Source: Rhizodiscina lignyota
Lineage: Eukaryota
Direction of reading: 5' to 3'
NCBI GenBank assembly: GCA_010015805.1
Contig: ML978124.1
Coordinates: forward strand, 2,294,001-2,358,000
Length of the DNA stretch: 64,000 nucleotides
The notes under the pieces were generated by a model, which was not told the DNA's origin, made no database searches, and was given only the letters and a program-made list of their open reading frames with translations. Position numbers and translations under genes: made by a program. Positions 36,019 through 49,142 of this stretch are shown piece after piece. How positions within the stretch are numbered: the stretch's first letter is position 1; every line of letters starts with the position of its first letter.

Positions 36019-36765
36019 GATGATAGAGAACGAGTGAAGCTTGCCTGCGTCAATCCGAGGATGTGGAAGCTCTCGCTTCCTACTTATAGCTCCTCGTTCA
36101 ATTACCCAGAAGGCCCAGAAAAAAGTTTACCAGCTCTTGCACGTTCCTTGCCGGCTTCTCTGCATATTCAACCAGGTCAACCCATCCCAACCCCGCGCCA
36201 GGTACGAGGGAATCTTGATTTTGCCGGCCTGTGAACTATCAATTTAGCAATTCGGTGGAGGCGAGAACATGCTCCAGGCAGAACCGAGTGATCCCATCCT
36301 CACATCACGGCGGGTCTCCTGCGCTGGCTCTCCGAATGACAGCTCCGGATAAATCGAAAGGACCCTGGAAGAAAATATTTTGGAGATGCCGTCATTGATC
36401 TCAGCAGCGAGGGCACCGGCCAGTCCATGTTGGGTTAAATGGAAGTTGCTAAGTAGGGCTGCCTGTGTGTCTTTACCCGTTAATGACAAGACATACTGGT
36501 CATCTGCAGCAGTGGTGCCGGTTGAGCAGCTTTCGTCGAGAAATCACACTTTTCCCCTCTTCAAAGAGTGGGTCGCGTCACTAGATCTTGATCTGCGTCG
36601 TTGGTGCTGGCTGGCGGCCGTCGGGTATTTACTGAGAGCCGCAGGATTTAAGTTAGAGTGGCGCAAGTGCTTCGAAGCTTGTGTCTCCTTGTACCTACAC
36701 CGGAGCTTGGATGATATCAAAAAGGTAGCCGTGGAGGATCACGCGAATGTCGGCGGAGACAGCCC

Positions 36766-36915
36766 CTAGCCGCGGTCTCTGCTGGTTCCATCTTTCCAGA
36801 AATCATCGGCTGAACCCCAGACCCCAGAATTGGCATGCTAGAGCCTCTGGAGTACCTGCGCTGGGCCATAACCATGCCGGACGCCCGCGACGGGAGTTCG
36901 CATGGCCATTTAGCC
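36766..36915 (-). promoter_or_regulatory. Putative XlnR sites upstream of the xylosidase gene, with nearby CreA-type sites
   Basis: GGCTAAA (36915..36909) and GGCTAG (36771..36766) on the gene strand; SYGGRG matches at 36191-36196 and in 36810-36940. Confidence 0.45.
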
Positions 36916-38638
36916 TGAAATCCATGCTCCATCTGGGGTTCGGCGCGATGCGCGAAGCAAAAGGCGAGTCGGACGGAAAGATCTGAGTTTCGGCTGTTAC
37001 AATTGAGATGAGCAAATGTTCCACAGCATGGTCGAGGTCGGGCTGCTAATGGACAATGCCCGCCACCTTTGCCGGTGGTGTGGCATAGCCCCCGGCGTGC
37101 AGCTTGCGCTTTCGGTCGCCAAGCAGCTGGTATCCTAATTTGCCGGCAAGGGAAGGTCGATTCAGCCCCTACGTCTCGCGTACAGCATGTTGGTATCATT
37201 TACGAATACCAAGGTCCGCAGGGTCGTGGCCGCTTGCTGTAGTATTTGTGTTTAAAAGGAGGATGTGGCCATATTCGTTGGTGGCGTCGACTTTCCTCCT
37301 ACGCGCTGGACGGAAGGATAAAATGTGTCAGCCATTCCCAGGAGCTGTCCGGCAGGAAAAATGCTTCTTGGCCGTTGCGAAGCATCCTCATCAAATGCCA
37401 CCATTCTCTTCGAACTTCCATTGCTAGAAAGCTCCTCAGGTTGGCAGTCAGCTTGATATATATTCGCTTCGTGTGCCTAGAAAAATGTCTTGTGTCCTAT
37501 TAGTCGCCACCGGCTTTGGATGCTCTCCCTTTTTTTTCCAGCAAAGTTACTCCGCACAGTATAAACCATAATCACTTTGACCCTGTCAGCTTTGAATATT
37601 CACTTTCGTTTATGCGCCCTGATGACACATTTCAACTGTTTGGGGTATCGAACTCTTATTCAGAGCTGCAAAATTCAAGAAGTATTTCTATCTGGAAATG
37701 TCCAGCAATTTGTACTTTGCAGGCCGAGAAATAACGTCAGCATTAACGTTCGGTTCGGAATGGGTAGCAAGACATTCCGAGCAAGACAGCCAAACGAATT
37801 TTCTGGTTTAAGGCTGAAACATTTGGAGTTGCTTTCAATGTTTGCACGTCAGTACCCTTGGAGGAAAGCGTCCGCCGGGAGTATGAACCGCTTGCATGCA
37901 TGTGCGGCGGAGGCGGATGCGGATATTGCTCGCCTTCAACGCTGGAATATATGATTGATCAAAGCCCTTCGTGTTTGATCGGTTGCGCAAACATCGCTCA
38001 GGTCCTCACCTAAGATGGAGGATACTACATCTCTCATAGGTACGGAAGTAGTAGTGTGGAGAATGCATATTAACCTTGTGTGTCAGGACAGGCACCGATC
38101 GTGCCGCTGTACGCATTAGAGCATTACCAACGATGCTATGCAAATATGTTACAGTCGCAAGCAGTCAAGCAAGCAAGAAACTCAAAAATGACTATCCCAA
38201 TGGTATCAAGCTCTCGACCGGGCATCCAAGCCAATAAGACGGTTGTTGCCCACCGTCACCGTCCCCATAACTGCCTGAAAATCAAAACCGCCAATGTCAT
38301 GACTGTAGTGCAAGCCCGCCAATGCAGGATCCAAAAGAAAGCCATTGAACCACCAACCAAACTCTATTTTATGCATTTCAAAAGCAGCAGAAGCCAAAAA
38401 ATCAAGAAGTCGACGGACAGACAAGTAGAGAAAACATTTAGACAATACGCCATTATGCTCCGTTTCGACACCGCGCTCAGCAAAATGGAGGGAATCAAGT
38501 ACAGTGTTGCGGAGTGAAGAGGGGAAGACGATATGTTCGTAACTTTAGAGTCGTGTACCATGGCTATATTCATGGCTGCCATGGGAGTTGTGTGCATTGT
38601 GTATGTTGTATGTTTGGGATGCGGTGGTAGTTGGCGAA

Positions 38639-41600
38639 CTAACCCACGGACAATTTCTTCGATCCAATCATGCTGGAGATCGGCTTCCTCTTCGCCTTCG
38701 AGTTAGGCATGCGAGGCATGCCCTGTATGACCCTTGGCTCCTTCAAGAGCGCTGGGTCGAGCTTTGAAGGAACCCTGGTGACGACCTCCCGGTAGTCGCC
38801 GGGGAACCTTGCGCTGGGTGGTGTAGCAGCGGCGGTGCGCCATATGTGGTCCGACGTATCGGTTAAGAAATCCGTGCTCGATTTGGAGAAGAGGCTCGTA
38901 CGGCCGCGGTTCTTCTTCGACAGGATGATTTGGTCGAACAGCTTGATGCTGGGATCATCTGCTCTCGTTGTCTCGCGCTCGTGGATGAATTCATTGAAAG
39001 CCTGCGTTTGTTGAAACTCTTGCATATATTCTACTGCTTCGTGAGGCATGCTGCGCAAGAATCCTTCGGGGCTAAACTTGGACATCATGCCGTTTTTCTT
39101 CTGCTCCGAGTTCGCAGGGCCGAGGAAGCGACGGTATGTGTAAAGGAGGGAAGCGAAGCAGCGTACGAAGGCGGCGCGAATTTGATCGGCGTGGAAGGCA
39201 GCTGGGCAGACAATGTAAATTTTCATAGCGCAGCGCCCATGAGCGTACGTGTTGCACCCTGTGGACGGGGGTTAGCTTGCTACTTGACGAGAATACGAGA
39301 TGTAGCGTACCACTGCAGCGATAGATCCCATCGTCCGACTTCTCATCGCACACAGCGCAGACGGCCTTGTCCTCGTGCTGACGCCAGTTCAAACAGTGTC
39401 CTTCCACCCATTTCGTCGTCTCAGAGTTGCGGACAGGCTGCATGAGTATGCCAGGCATAACAGTCGAAGCAGCCAAGGTGGACTGTGCATACACAGACGG
39501 CGCGTAAGTCGAGCTTGGATTGTACTCATTATTTAAGTTTGACGGGGAATTCGTTGGGTAGCCATTCAGGAATGGCTGACTTGGTCTCCGCATTGTCGGG
39601 TGATGTCGTTCAAAGACGAAGGAAGATGATCGTCGAGAAGAAGTGTCAAAGTGGCCGGATCGCTTCTCACGCAAGGTCGCTTGCAACGCGTAACCTGAAT
39701 CACTGCGTGAGATTGGGGTGCTCGGAAGGGGAGGAAATGCGGTGGAGACAGGAGAGACCCGTGGGGAGGGCGGAGAGGTACCTGTCTTGCTGCTTGTTGA
39801 GCTAGTCGCAGGCCGCTCAGATCCACGACCGTTCGCGTCTCCAGACTGCAAGAAGGCGTTGAAGATTGGAGGTTTCGGAGGAATGAGCCAGCCGCTATCG
39901 GCAAAAGACGTCGAATTGAGGCTGACCAACTGAGCGAGAGTAGATAATCCGGGCTTGGCGTTGAAGACGGATTGATTTTCAGAAGAGAAAGCGTCATGAG
40001 GAAATGCTTCCTTCGCGTAGTCTGGTGGACCAACAGGAACGCCAAAGCGGTGATGGTGAGGTGCTGAAAGTTGCAGCAAGGACATCAGCTTCCGCCTCTG
40101 CTGTCGTGGTAAATTACGTGGAGCGGCTGTAGCCTCGATAGTGTCCTGGTCCAAGTCCACCAATACGAAATCATCATCTGGAAGCTCTAGATTTTCATAG
40201 CGTCGTTCGACTCCGACTATGTATGGGCATGGAGCCTCGAGAGCCTGAACGAGGCGGGATGGCAGGACCGGGATGAAGATGTGTTGCCATTTCAGAGGAT
40301 AGAGGAGGTTTGTAATTGCTGCACTTGCTAAATGCAGCATGGAAGTGTAGGATGAGAGGAGGATGATTCGTGATTCGGAGAGGACATACTCGAATAGGAC
40401 GACAATGTTTGGGAGAGATAGAGACCGGAAGAGTGCGAAGAGGTCGATTGAGCGTGAGCCAGGTAGTTCGTTGACAGCTTCCTTGCGTGCATAGAGCTTC
40501 AGCTCACGAATGGCGAGCTCAACTTGTGTGATCGATGATGTAGGACTTGTGGCTTCGGCGCAAAGGTTGACAACATAGCGCTCCAGAGGTTGCCACATCC
40601 CTATCTTGGGAGAGCTCGCTGGGACCCTCAAAACCGCACCATTTGTCATCGGTGTAACGATGGCTCGAAGCCACTCTTTCCAGAAGCCCGTCATCGAAGG
40701 GTCTCGACCCATGATGCCGTATGCGCGTGGAATCCAGAGGCCAGTTTCACTTTCTGTCAAACCTTCGATCCTCGAAGAGGCGCCATGTCTGATGGGATGC
40801 AGCATTTCGGTGATCAAGGCAATCCTCTCTTCCACGCCACTGATATCTTCCTCAAGCTGTTCTCTTTCGTCAGAAGCTTGCGGCCAAGTTGGCAGTTGCG
40901 CAAGTAACTTTGATAGCTTCGCTCGCTCGGATGCGAGGCGCTCTCCGAGGCTTCCAGCAAGCTCCCTCTCTTCCTGTGTCATGTTTGCCTTTCTCCATTC
41001 CTCGCACTGCCGCTCAAGATCTTCCGCTGCTATCTGACCTAGTGGCAGCCACATAATGAGGCAGAGACCGTAGAGCCTTGAGCTGTCCTGGTTGGTCATA
41101 GCGAAGCCGTGCCATGTTGATCGCGGTCTCTCATCTGATGATACAACGGTGACATCGTTGGGGAATGTGAACATAGGAACGTAGTCGGGGAAGGGCTTGC
41201 GCTGCATGAGCTCGCCTGCCATGTCCTTTGGAGGATAGCGGTCGAGCATAACTGGCTCATAGCGCCGTTTCAAGGGATGCATGTTTGCCGGTTGTATGAA
41301 CGGTTGAGGAGCTGGAATTACTGAGTTGTAACCACTCAGTCTTCTCGAAGTTCGAATCGAAGCTGTAATATCCATTAGTTGGCATGAATGCCCTTGTAGA
41401 TAATGTGGCATTCGTGAGTGAACGTATGGAGAGAATGCATCATACCTTGCCGGACCATTGAAGGCTGCCGCTTGAGACTGCTCATAGTTGAGATCCTCCT
41501 CTTCAGCGTTCCAACTCTTGACTGTAACGGTGCTGGTCCCTCATCGCTGACGATCCTCTGGGCCTTGGGTCTTGATTTGCTCGGTCGTTTTGGCGGCTGA

Positions 41601-42061
41601 GCGACAACCCCGGCGCTGAAATTGATTTCTTCGAGGAACGAGTCCCGTTCTGATGCGAACTTCCGGAGTGCGCTCTCGAATTCGACATCGTTGAGACCTG
41701 ATCCTCCAATTTGCTGTATCCCTTTGATCGTGGCGCTGCTTCTGTTGCTCGGAGATGTAGACTGTCTACCCGAGTCTACCTGTATGAAACTGCTTATTGA
41801 CTTGCGAGTTTCATAGCTCATTCGGCTTCGTCGTCCACCGGCATCCTGGGTGGGTTGGATTTCTAGCTCAGTCGACTTTGGTCGTGCCTCCGGGTCGGTC
41901 TCCAACACTTCATTCTCTTCGATTGTGGCGTCGACGGCGGGAGTTACAGGGCCAACAGCAGATTTCTCGTCAAATATCTGGGAAGATTCGATGCCGCATA
42001 TGAAGAAATAGTCTGCTAGTGGTCCTGGAAATAAGTCTGCCGCGGTAGCAATGGGAGCCAT
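38639..42061 (-). CDS. DENN-domain protein (Rab GEF-like) with C1 zinc domain, ~1095 aa
   Basis: LADYFFICG (uDENN), ESRIILLS and FIPVLP...LEAPCPYIVG (DENN), C1-like HCL...CAVC...CSGC...HGRC...C, and TQAFNEFI (dDENN). Introns 41445..41363 and 39310..39259. Confidence 0.93.
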
Positions 42062-44649
42062 GCTATCTCCTCAATGCATCGAAATCACGGAAGATGTGCT
42101 CTGTGATATTTAGGTATTCCACCTCAGTCCACTGAATAGTTTTCAGCGTCAAATGTCTCGTCGCTGTTTGAAACATGTGCAGAGAGAGGAGTTCGGCCCT
42201 GCGCGTGTGAAACAAACTTTCTTTGTGCTAGAGAACGCGACCACCCTCGTGGGTCGTGTAACAGCCGCGTAGATATTGTTCGCGCTCCGCACGCGCTGCG
42301 CGCACACTGGTCAGTGGTACCTTTTGTTTCCCTCCTGCAGTGTTTCCAGGTGGGCAATCAGGATTCCAGAAACAAAGAGGTTGCGTGCAGGCTTGCAGCT
42401 GTCAAAGTCGAAAATAGGAGCGGGGGTATCGGAGTTGGAGCAGCCTGGAGTCGAATAAAGGGTAGAATGGGGCAGAAGGGTATCGTTGCTAGGGGTATCG
42501 AAATCGAAAATTGCGGTGGTTTCTGTTTAATCCAGCATGCGTGCTCAGACAAGCCGCCTTATCTCGCCTATTGCACACCGACGAGGAGGCGGATCTACCG
42601 CGCATACATGAAGTGGAAGATGATTAGCCCGCGTAATGCAGACGGAAAGTTGTCTCTACTGTGGCCTGTAGAGACTGGCGGAGGAATGCAGGAACAATAA
42701 CGGGGTCGATATGGCAGCGAAGACGTTGAGAATGGCAACGGACCCAACGGTGAAGTCGTAAATGCACGGCTCCACGGCGTGTCCCACACCCATCAGTGCG
42801 CTCGCCTGAAGACGGCTTGATCCAGCACAAGATGGCACGGACAATTGGCACAAAAGGGCACATAGTGGATAGCACGGGGCGCCAGAGCCACCCTCCCTCT
42901 CTCTGCTACGCGCACGGAAGCAGAGGCGTTCCGGCGGTCGACGACACGACGAACTAGCTCGACGAGACAGGGCGCGCGATGATTGGCCCATTTTCGACAA
43001 TTCGATGTGCAACTGGTGGCGCGCTGGGGCGGTAGAGGAGCACGATCTAGCCGCATGCGAATTTTGCGTCAACGCCCGCTCTGCCCCCCAGCACGCTGCC
43101 TACTCGAATGGGCATTCGCCTAAGCGGCGCGGCCAGCACAAAAAGACCTGCTTCGCGCGTTGTCCGCCGTAAAGCACTGGTGCAGGCACACCACCATCGG
43201 CCTTCTGGCAGCGCTGCGAACAATCCCTCCTCAGGGGCACGCCGCGAGCACTGGACAGAGCGACACGTCTCACACACCATCAACACAAACTCGCTGTCAT
43301 GGGGTCCCGCAGGCCCCGATTCAGCAGAGATTGGGGTGGCAGAGGCTGCGGTGCTGGTTGGGCGGGAGAGTATGACAACAATCTATTCCTTCATGAGCAG
43401 CTCGCTCTCGCCTCACTCGCATCCCCACAGTGCGGAGGGCATGAAACGCTGAGCAACGAGACGACGCGCCTCTTCTGCGTGGCGTGGATGGCTTCCCACG
43501 GCTTCTGCTCGCTTGTCCCATCTCGCACATGCAGATTGTCGATTGCGCAGGGCCCCCTCGCGCATCGTACGCCCCTAATTTCACGTGAACGGCTGTCCAG
43601 ATGTCAGCCATGATGGGCCCTCTAGCCTCCATATGTTTCATGTGTAGTCCCCATCGAGCAGGGATTCGTATCGTCCTCATGCGGACACGCTGTTCTGAGA
43701 TGACTTCATTCACATGCGACGAATGCTGCATGTCGCTATCCATGGACCATCACAGGGTCAGCAACAGAGTGAGGTAAGGTGAGCGCGTCGCGCGAAGAGC
43801 ACACGTAGCGCGCGCTCTTCCCAATCCGGCTACCCCCTGTGCATTGGGCCAAGAGACCTCGACATTTCTCTGTCCATCCGCCGAACCTCTCCTTTTCCAT
43901 CCATTCTCACGGATCGACCTTACACCAAACCAGTCTGTCGCGCCCGTGTGACCTCTCTATCTCTGCGCACTGATCCAACTTTAATCGCCGTGACTCGCTG
44001 GAAGAATTCAAACCTTAACCGCTCGCAACTCGCCGTTTTCCCCTCCGCCGAACCTTTCAATAGACTCGGCGTCAGCCGATCTTTCGAAGGGTTTCCTTGC
44101 TGGTGACACTCCCTCGGCGTCACGGTCTAACGAAAAGTTGGAAAGATTACCGTTTTTAGAGTCGTTCGCACCGACGAGCTTCGGATCTTGACTCAATCTC
44201 GACTTGGCATCCGTGCTGTAAGCCATGTTGAGCTAAAAGCCACGACTCACGAAAGCCTTTCCTCGTCAAGAAGGACCCTGAGATCCACCGCAAACTTCTC
44301 CACTCACCCGTGTGCCTATGACGCAAGCTGGTTGTTTGCTTTTCTGATTCATGTCCAAAAAGATATCGTGACCATCAGGCCAGACAGCTCGAGCTCCACA
44401 TGGGCGCTTTCCACGCACTCTCGAAACGCGTCGTGGAGAAGTTGACGTCGTGGGCGCTGTCAGTGGATACCCACATGCATAGGCATGCTTGCTTTTGTTA
44501 CCGAAAATAATACGCAGTCTCAGCCGCCATCTGCAACTCCACGATTGTGGCTAGCGGCAGACGTTTGTTTTTCTCTCCGGAATGACGGAAACGGTTCTTC
44601 GCATTCGCACGTTTCACAGTCGCGTGCTCTTTGCACATGTTTGTTTGCT

Positions 44650-45711
44650 TCATCGGGCCTTTGCTGTTAACCAGCCAGTTGACAGACTGCCACGGTCGCC
44701 CATGTGTCCACGCCATTGAATCGTCAGTTGTCCCAACGTAGCCTTGCCATCAGTAACAATGAGTTCATTCTCGTCTCCAGAACCATCCACAGGAACTTCC
44801 TGCTGCAGGAGAAAAGCGACCTGCATGACATCCCGCGAGCTCAACAGCGGTGCTCGTGCTGGCTGTGCGTCACGTCCCGGCATGTCCCAGTTCAGGCTGG
44901 TGGATGTGAATGGCGGTTTGGCACTAATGTTGACGACCTCCAAGCACACAGTGCCTTCGCCCATGTTCTCGAGCTGCGCCTCAAGCACGTACTTCGCTAA
45001 ACCTCCCTTTCTGGAACCCGGTACCTCTCCAGTCTTGGTCCGTACGCTGAGGAGCTGTTGCGCAACGAACTGGTACAGCTTCCTAAACGTCCTGACACGC
45101 GCGCCAGTGATCGTATGCGCACTGTCTTCGCCTTTGCCCACTGACAATTGCGACTCTGTGTACGTAACTGTAACGGCAAGGATATGGTTACCTTCCTCCT
45201 TAAGATCCAACTTTATGATTCTTTGCAGCGACTCTCCTGACGCAAGATCCTCCCCATATCCCGCCGACTTGCTGCCTTCTTCGTCTTCGGCCGCCTCTGA
45301 GATTATACCCCCTTTGACATTAAGAGCAATGCCATCCGGACTGCTCGGTGTCTGCATCTGCGCCGTAATTCTCACTCCACTGATCGCACGATCCGATTTC
45401 TGAGGCAGCTCATTGTTCGCGCTGAGAGTGCAGGAGAAGGACTCGCCGACGTATGCTGATGCGAAGGCGGAAGGTAGTGTGAGAGCAGGCGTGAGTGTGA
45501 AATGTGCCGCGTCAGCCCCATTTTCTTCCGCCGGGACGCTCAATGCAGCCAGAGGAGAGATGTAGAGTTCATCCGGATCGACAGGCTTCGAGGTTTGGGG
45601 CAGAGGATATTGGTGTGAGAGGGAGGGTCGTGAGAGTCGTAGGACCTTGAGACTGATCGAATGTGGCCCTTTAATCCCTTCGCCGGTCGAATGTGTGCGT
45701 GCGTGAGCCAT
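44650..45711 (-). CDS. TRAPPC13: TRAPP complex subunit 13 homologue (DUF974)
   Basis: HSISLKVLRLSRPSL, LPSAFASAYVGESF, FRKLYQF, LEAQLEN and LGQLTIQWRGHMGDRGSLST motifs. Confidence 0.9.
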   Translation of the reverse strand: MAHARTHSTGEGIKGPHSISLKVLRLSRPSLSHQYPLPQTSKPVDPDELYISPLAALSVPAEENGADAAHFTLTPALTLPSAFASAYVGESFSCTLSANNELPQKSDRAISGVRITAQMQTPSSPDGIALNVKGGIISEAAEDEEGSKSAGYGEDLASGESLQRIIKLDLKEEGNHILAVTVTYTESQLSVGKGEDSAHTITGARVRTFRKLYQFVAQQLLSVRTKTGEVPGSRKGGLAKYVLEAQLENMGEGTVCLEVVNISAKPPFTSTSLNWDMPGRDAQPARAPLLSSRDVMQVAFLLQQEVPVDGSGDENELIVTDGKATLGQLTIQWRGHMGDRGSLSTGWLTAKAR

Positions 45712-46136
45712 TAGACTACTTTGTCAATAGCATGCCAGAGTCGTGGCTTAAGTAGTAGAGCTCCATAGCTGCCCGAAGTGGGACGAGTCCGGCATTGCAG
45801 GGGGAGCTAATCAGCACGTGTTCTCGCGTCTCTTTCCGCGACTTCAAATTTGGACCGCGTCTCGTCTTTGTTCCAACAATCCAAAAACTTCACTATGAAC
45901 AAGGAGGAGTTGGGTCTTCTCTTCAAGTCTAGAATATGCTCTACTCCATACAATGCCTGAAAGGACGTCAGCCTACATCACGACATCACTTTTTCATCTA
46001 GTCGCTGCAATTGAGGAAATTGAAGATGGACTGGAAAGTCCATAGGCCGGGATATTCAGTTTCACATCCATTCAAGTCTTTGCTTAGAAGCAATCTCGCT
46101 GGTTGATGCATATATCCAGACTTAATTTCATTAACG

Positions 46137-47210
46137 ATGGCTTCTCCTTCATCCTCCTTCTCGAGCGTTCTCACATCCTTGAAACTTGTCCACCTGCGGT
46201 CTTTACTTGCAGCAATTGGCGCCAATACTGGAGGGACCAAACCTATACTTATCTCTCGACTAGGCCAGCAACTGCCGCTATCAAAGCTCCAGTTCCACCA
46301 AGATCAACAGTCGAGCAGGACGAGAATCTTGAGCTTGGATATGGGCATTAAGAACCTCGCTTTCTGCGTCTGCGATGTCAGTACACCAGCTTTAAGCAGT
46401 AACAGAGTACCTGCGAACAACCAAAGCCACAATAGTCTTTTGGAATCAACAGAACACAGACCTGGCCCGCAATGGACTCTCGCCGTTCAAGCATGGAAGC
46501 GTGTATCTCTGATGGACCTCTCTCCCACCTCTGCGTCACCCAAGGACAACTCTACGGATCCGGAGGCGATAGACCCCTTCCACCCTCGCGAACTTTCCCG
46601 CCTAGCCTACAATCTGGCGACGGATATACTTCTCCCATATAGCGCGGACACTATCCTTATCGAGCGACAGCGCTTCCGTTCCGGTGGCGCAGCGGCGGTG
46701 CAAGAGTGGACTGTGCGCGTCAACATGCTGGAGTCGATGCTATGGGCCGTTCTGAGAACGCTGGAAGCCGATTCGAAGAATGCCAGCGGAATGGGGACGA
46801 GTTTCCCAGCTGTGTGGGATGTCAGTCCTGCTCGTGTCGGTACGTTCTGGGTCCACGGCAGTGGCAATGGAAATCGTGATTCATCGATACCCACAACGCG
46901 CAAGGTCGACAAGAGGGACAAGATTGATTTTCTCAGGCGTTGGATTGCCAACCCGGAGCGTACGATTGATCTTAGATTTGGAAGAGAGGTTGAATCGCTG
47001 CGAGATGCTTTCATCCAAGACAACCATCCGAAACGCAGGGCGACAGCCGCTCGTAGAGATATCGGAAAGCTAGATGACCTAGCAGACTGCTTGCTCCAAG
47101 CCGCGGCATGGGTTCAATGGGAGGCTAATCGGCAGCTCATTTCTGAGATGCAGGTGGAGAACGAGGAAGACACTGATAGGCTTCTCGCAAAGTTGAAGAA
47201 GCGATCGTGA
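46137..47210 (+). CDS. CCE1: Mitochondrial Holliday-junction resolvase (Cce1/Ydc2, SAP plus RuvC-like)
   Basis: SAP-like N-terminus (LKLVHLRSLLAAIG...GTKPILISRL); ILSLDMGIKNLA, LIERQR and KLDDLADCLLQ motifs. Confidence 0.92.
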   Translation: MASPSSSFSSVLTSLKLVHLRSLLAAIGANTGGTKPILISRLGQQLPLSKLQFHQDQQSSRTRILSLDMGIKNLAFCVCDVSTPALSSNRVPANNQSHNSLLESTEHRPGPQWTLAVQAWKRVSLMDLSPTSASPKDNSTDPEAIDPFHPRELSRLAYNLATDILLPYSADTILIERQRFRSGGAAAVQEWTVRVNMLESMLWAVLRTLEADSKNASGMGTSFPAVWDVSPARVGTFWVHGSGNGNRDSSIPTTRKVDKRDKIDFLRRWIANPERTIDLRFGREVESLRDAFIQDNHPKRRATAARRDIGKLDDLADCLLQAAAWVQWEANRQLISEMQVENEEDTDRLLAKLKKRS

Positions 47211-47795
47211 AGCTGCGTAGCAAAGCTTGTGGCGGAAATGTCGTCGGATGACGAATACCTACACGTCGAAGTGAATGTAACAGACGAAACATTCTAAGTT
47301 AGCAAGTCAATGAGGAGACCCCGCATGTAATTGAACGCTATACTCATGGGCGTTATGGTCACATTCAGACCCACTTTAATGACTTCGCCTGGTGACACGC
47401 ACGTCTTCTGCGATTTATAGGTACACGTCACGTCTCACACGAGCGACGAGGCATTATCAGAGGATCTTGGATATCATAGGAGAAAAACAGAAGCATTCCA
47501 ATTCCGCATGTACCCCATCATTACCATAACAAAAATGGCCGTGTGGCCGTGTGTTGCCGTGCAGTGCTCATCCATCCCATGCTGTGTCCGAAGCGACGCC
47601 GTCTCGTCGAGTGAGGGAGAATCGGCGGGGTATAATGTGTTTAGCAATCCCGTAAAAGCCCAGACGAACGAAATCAGGCGTATCCGTTCCCCAAGTCCCA
47701 TAAACATGAACATCGAAACCCGTAGGGAGCGATGCCTAGGCCAACCTCGCATACTTCCGTCTTGTCATACGCCATGTCCTCATGCACCCAGCTAG

Positions 47796-49142
47796 TTACT
47801 CGGAGGTCTTAGCAGCTCGAGGGCTTCCCTTCTTGGCCTTGCCATTTCCTCCATTCTCAGCGGGCTCGGTGCTTGCATCCTCTTCCTCGCTACCCTCCTC
47901 ATACATAGCCTCCACCTCCGTATTCTCTGCATCCTGTTCCTCGACATCCTCCTTCGTCCAATCGCTCCCCTTCCTGCTCAACTTCCCATTAATACTCGCC
48001 TCCCGCGGACTCGTCAACGGACTGCTCATGCTCATCCCGCTAATACTATCTGTCTTGCCATGACCTATCATGCCGCTCCTCACGCTGCCGGCTTCTCCAC
48101 CAAAAACGCCCACCATGCCGCTCACGCCCGCAGTGCTGCTGATTGACTTGGTCTTGTCGGCGTAGTAGCTGTTGCGTTCGCTGCTGAGCGCCGGCGCTGT
48201 GACGCCGGAGGAACTGTACACACTTGCGCGCTCGGCGCTCGCAAGGCCGCCGACGGAGGGGCGCGGTGCATCGCCTGGGGCGGTGTTACCGCTGAGGACG
48301 CTCAGGGGGAGGGACTCTCTGCTGTTGCCGAAGAGAGATGATGGGGCGAGAGCGCGGACTGAGGCGTCGGTGTCGAGACTGCGGCGACGGCGGCGCTTTG
48401 ATGATGAGGCGAGCGTGAGGATAGAGGCGTCATCTGTGAGGATATTGTTGGCTGTTGCGGCAGAATAAGTGTGAGGGTGGAGCTGCTGTTGGAGGTGCGG
48501 CGGCACGGCAGATGCAGGTGGTGACATTGGATAAGGTTGGGAGAAGCTCAGGGAGTTGGAGTGGGTCAAGTTGGTATTGGGAGGAGCTGGTGTGAGAGAC
48601 GTCGTGGTAGTTGGGTTGAGCATGCCCGAAGGCGCGGTGGATTGTATCGTCGTGAGAGTAGTAGTAAGGCTGCGATCCGAGTGATTGGGCGAGCTGAATG
48701 TACTGTTTGCGCCGCCATCGCGAGACGAGAGACCCCCTCCGATGGTATTTGACGTGCCAGCTTTTGAGAAGCCCGCATCAGAGTGTATGGTCCCTGGGTT
48801 TGTAGCAACAGTGGGAGCCGCAGATTTATTGCTACGACCAGGCGCATCTGTCACACCATTCGACTCGACATAAGAGCTGTAGTCGCTGGCGGCCTCGGAG
48901 CGAGCTGTGGAGTAGGAAAGGCGGCCGTTGGCTCCAGCGGTCGACTGAGCTGGACGGTGCAAGTGGCCGGATTCAGGGTAAGGATTGTTGTTCTTGGACG
49001 GGATCTGGTGGCTCTTTGACTTTGAATGGCCAAGACCGTGGTGCTTCTTTTCTGCTCTTTGCGGAGAGGTGGACGAGTTTTTGAGGTTGGCAAGCCGTTT
49101 CATCCACGCGAAAGGGCGTCGGCGAGTATGACGATCTGCCAT
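47796..49142 (-). CDS. Ser/Thr-rich hypothetical protein
   Basis: 448-aa ORF with protein-like blocks (FAWMKRLANLK; LTDDASILTLASSSKRRRRRSLDTDASVRALAPSS); function unknown. Confidence 0.8.
   Translation of the reverse strand: MADRHTRRRPFAWMKRLANLKNSSTSPQRAEKKHHGLGHSKSKSHQIPSKNNNPYPESGHLHRPAQSTAGANGRLSYSTARSEAASDYSSYVESNGVTDAPGRSNKSAAPTVATNPGTIHSDAGFSKAGTSNTIGGGLSSRDGGANSTFSSPNHSDRSLTTTLTTIQSTAPSGMLNPTTTTSLTPAPPNTNLTHSNSLSFSQPYPMSPPASAVPPHLQQQLHPHTYSAATANNILTDDASILTLASSSKRRRRRSLDTDASVRALAPSSLFGNSRESLPLSVLSGNTAPGDAPRPSVGGLASAERASVYSSSGVTAPALSSERNSYYADKTKSISSTAGVSGMVGVFGGEAGSVRSGMIGHGKTDSISGMSMSSPLTSPREASINGKLSRKGSDWTKEDVEEQDAENTEVEAMYEEGSEEEDASTEPAENGGNGKAKKGSPRAAKTSE

Noticed and set aside
42100..44600. 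Many short overlapping ORFs upstream of the DENN gene
   Set aside because: GC-rich intergenic or leader sequence with no consistent frame or protein-like composition.
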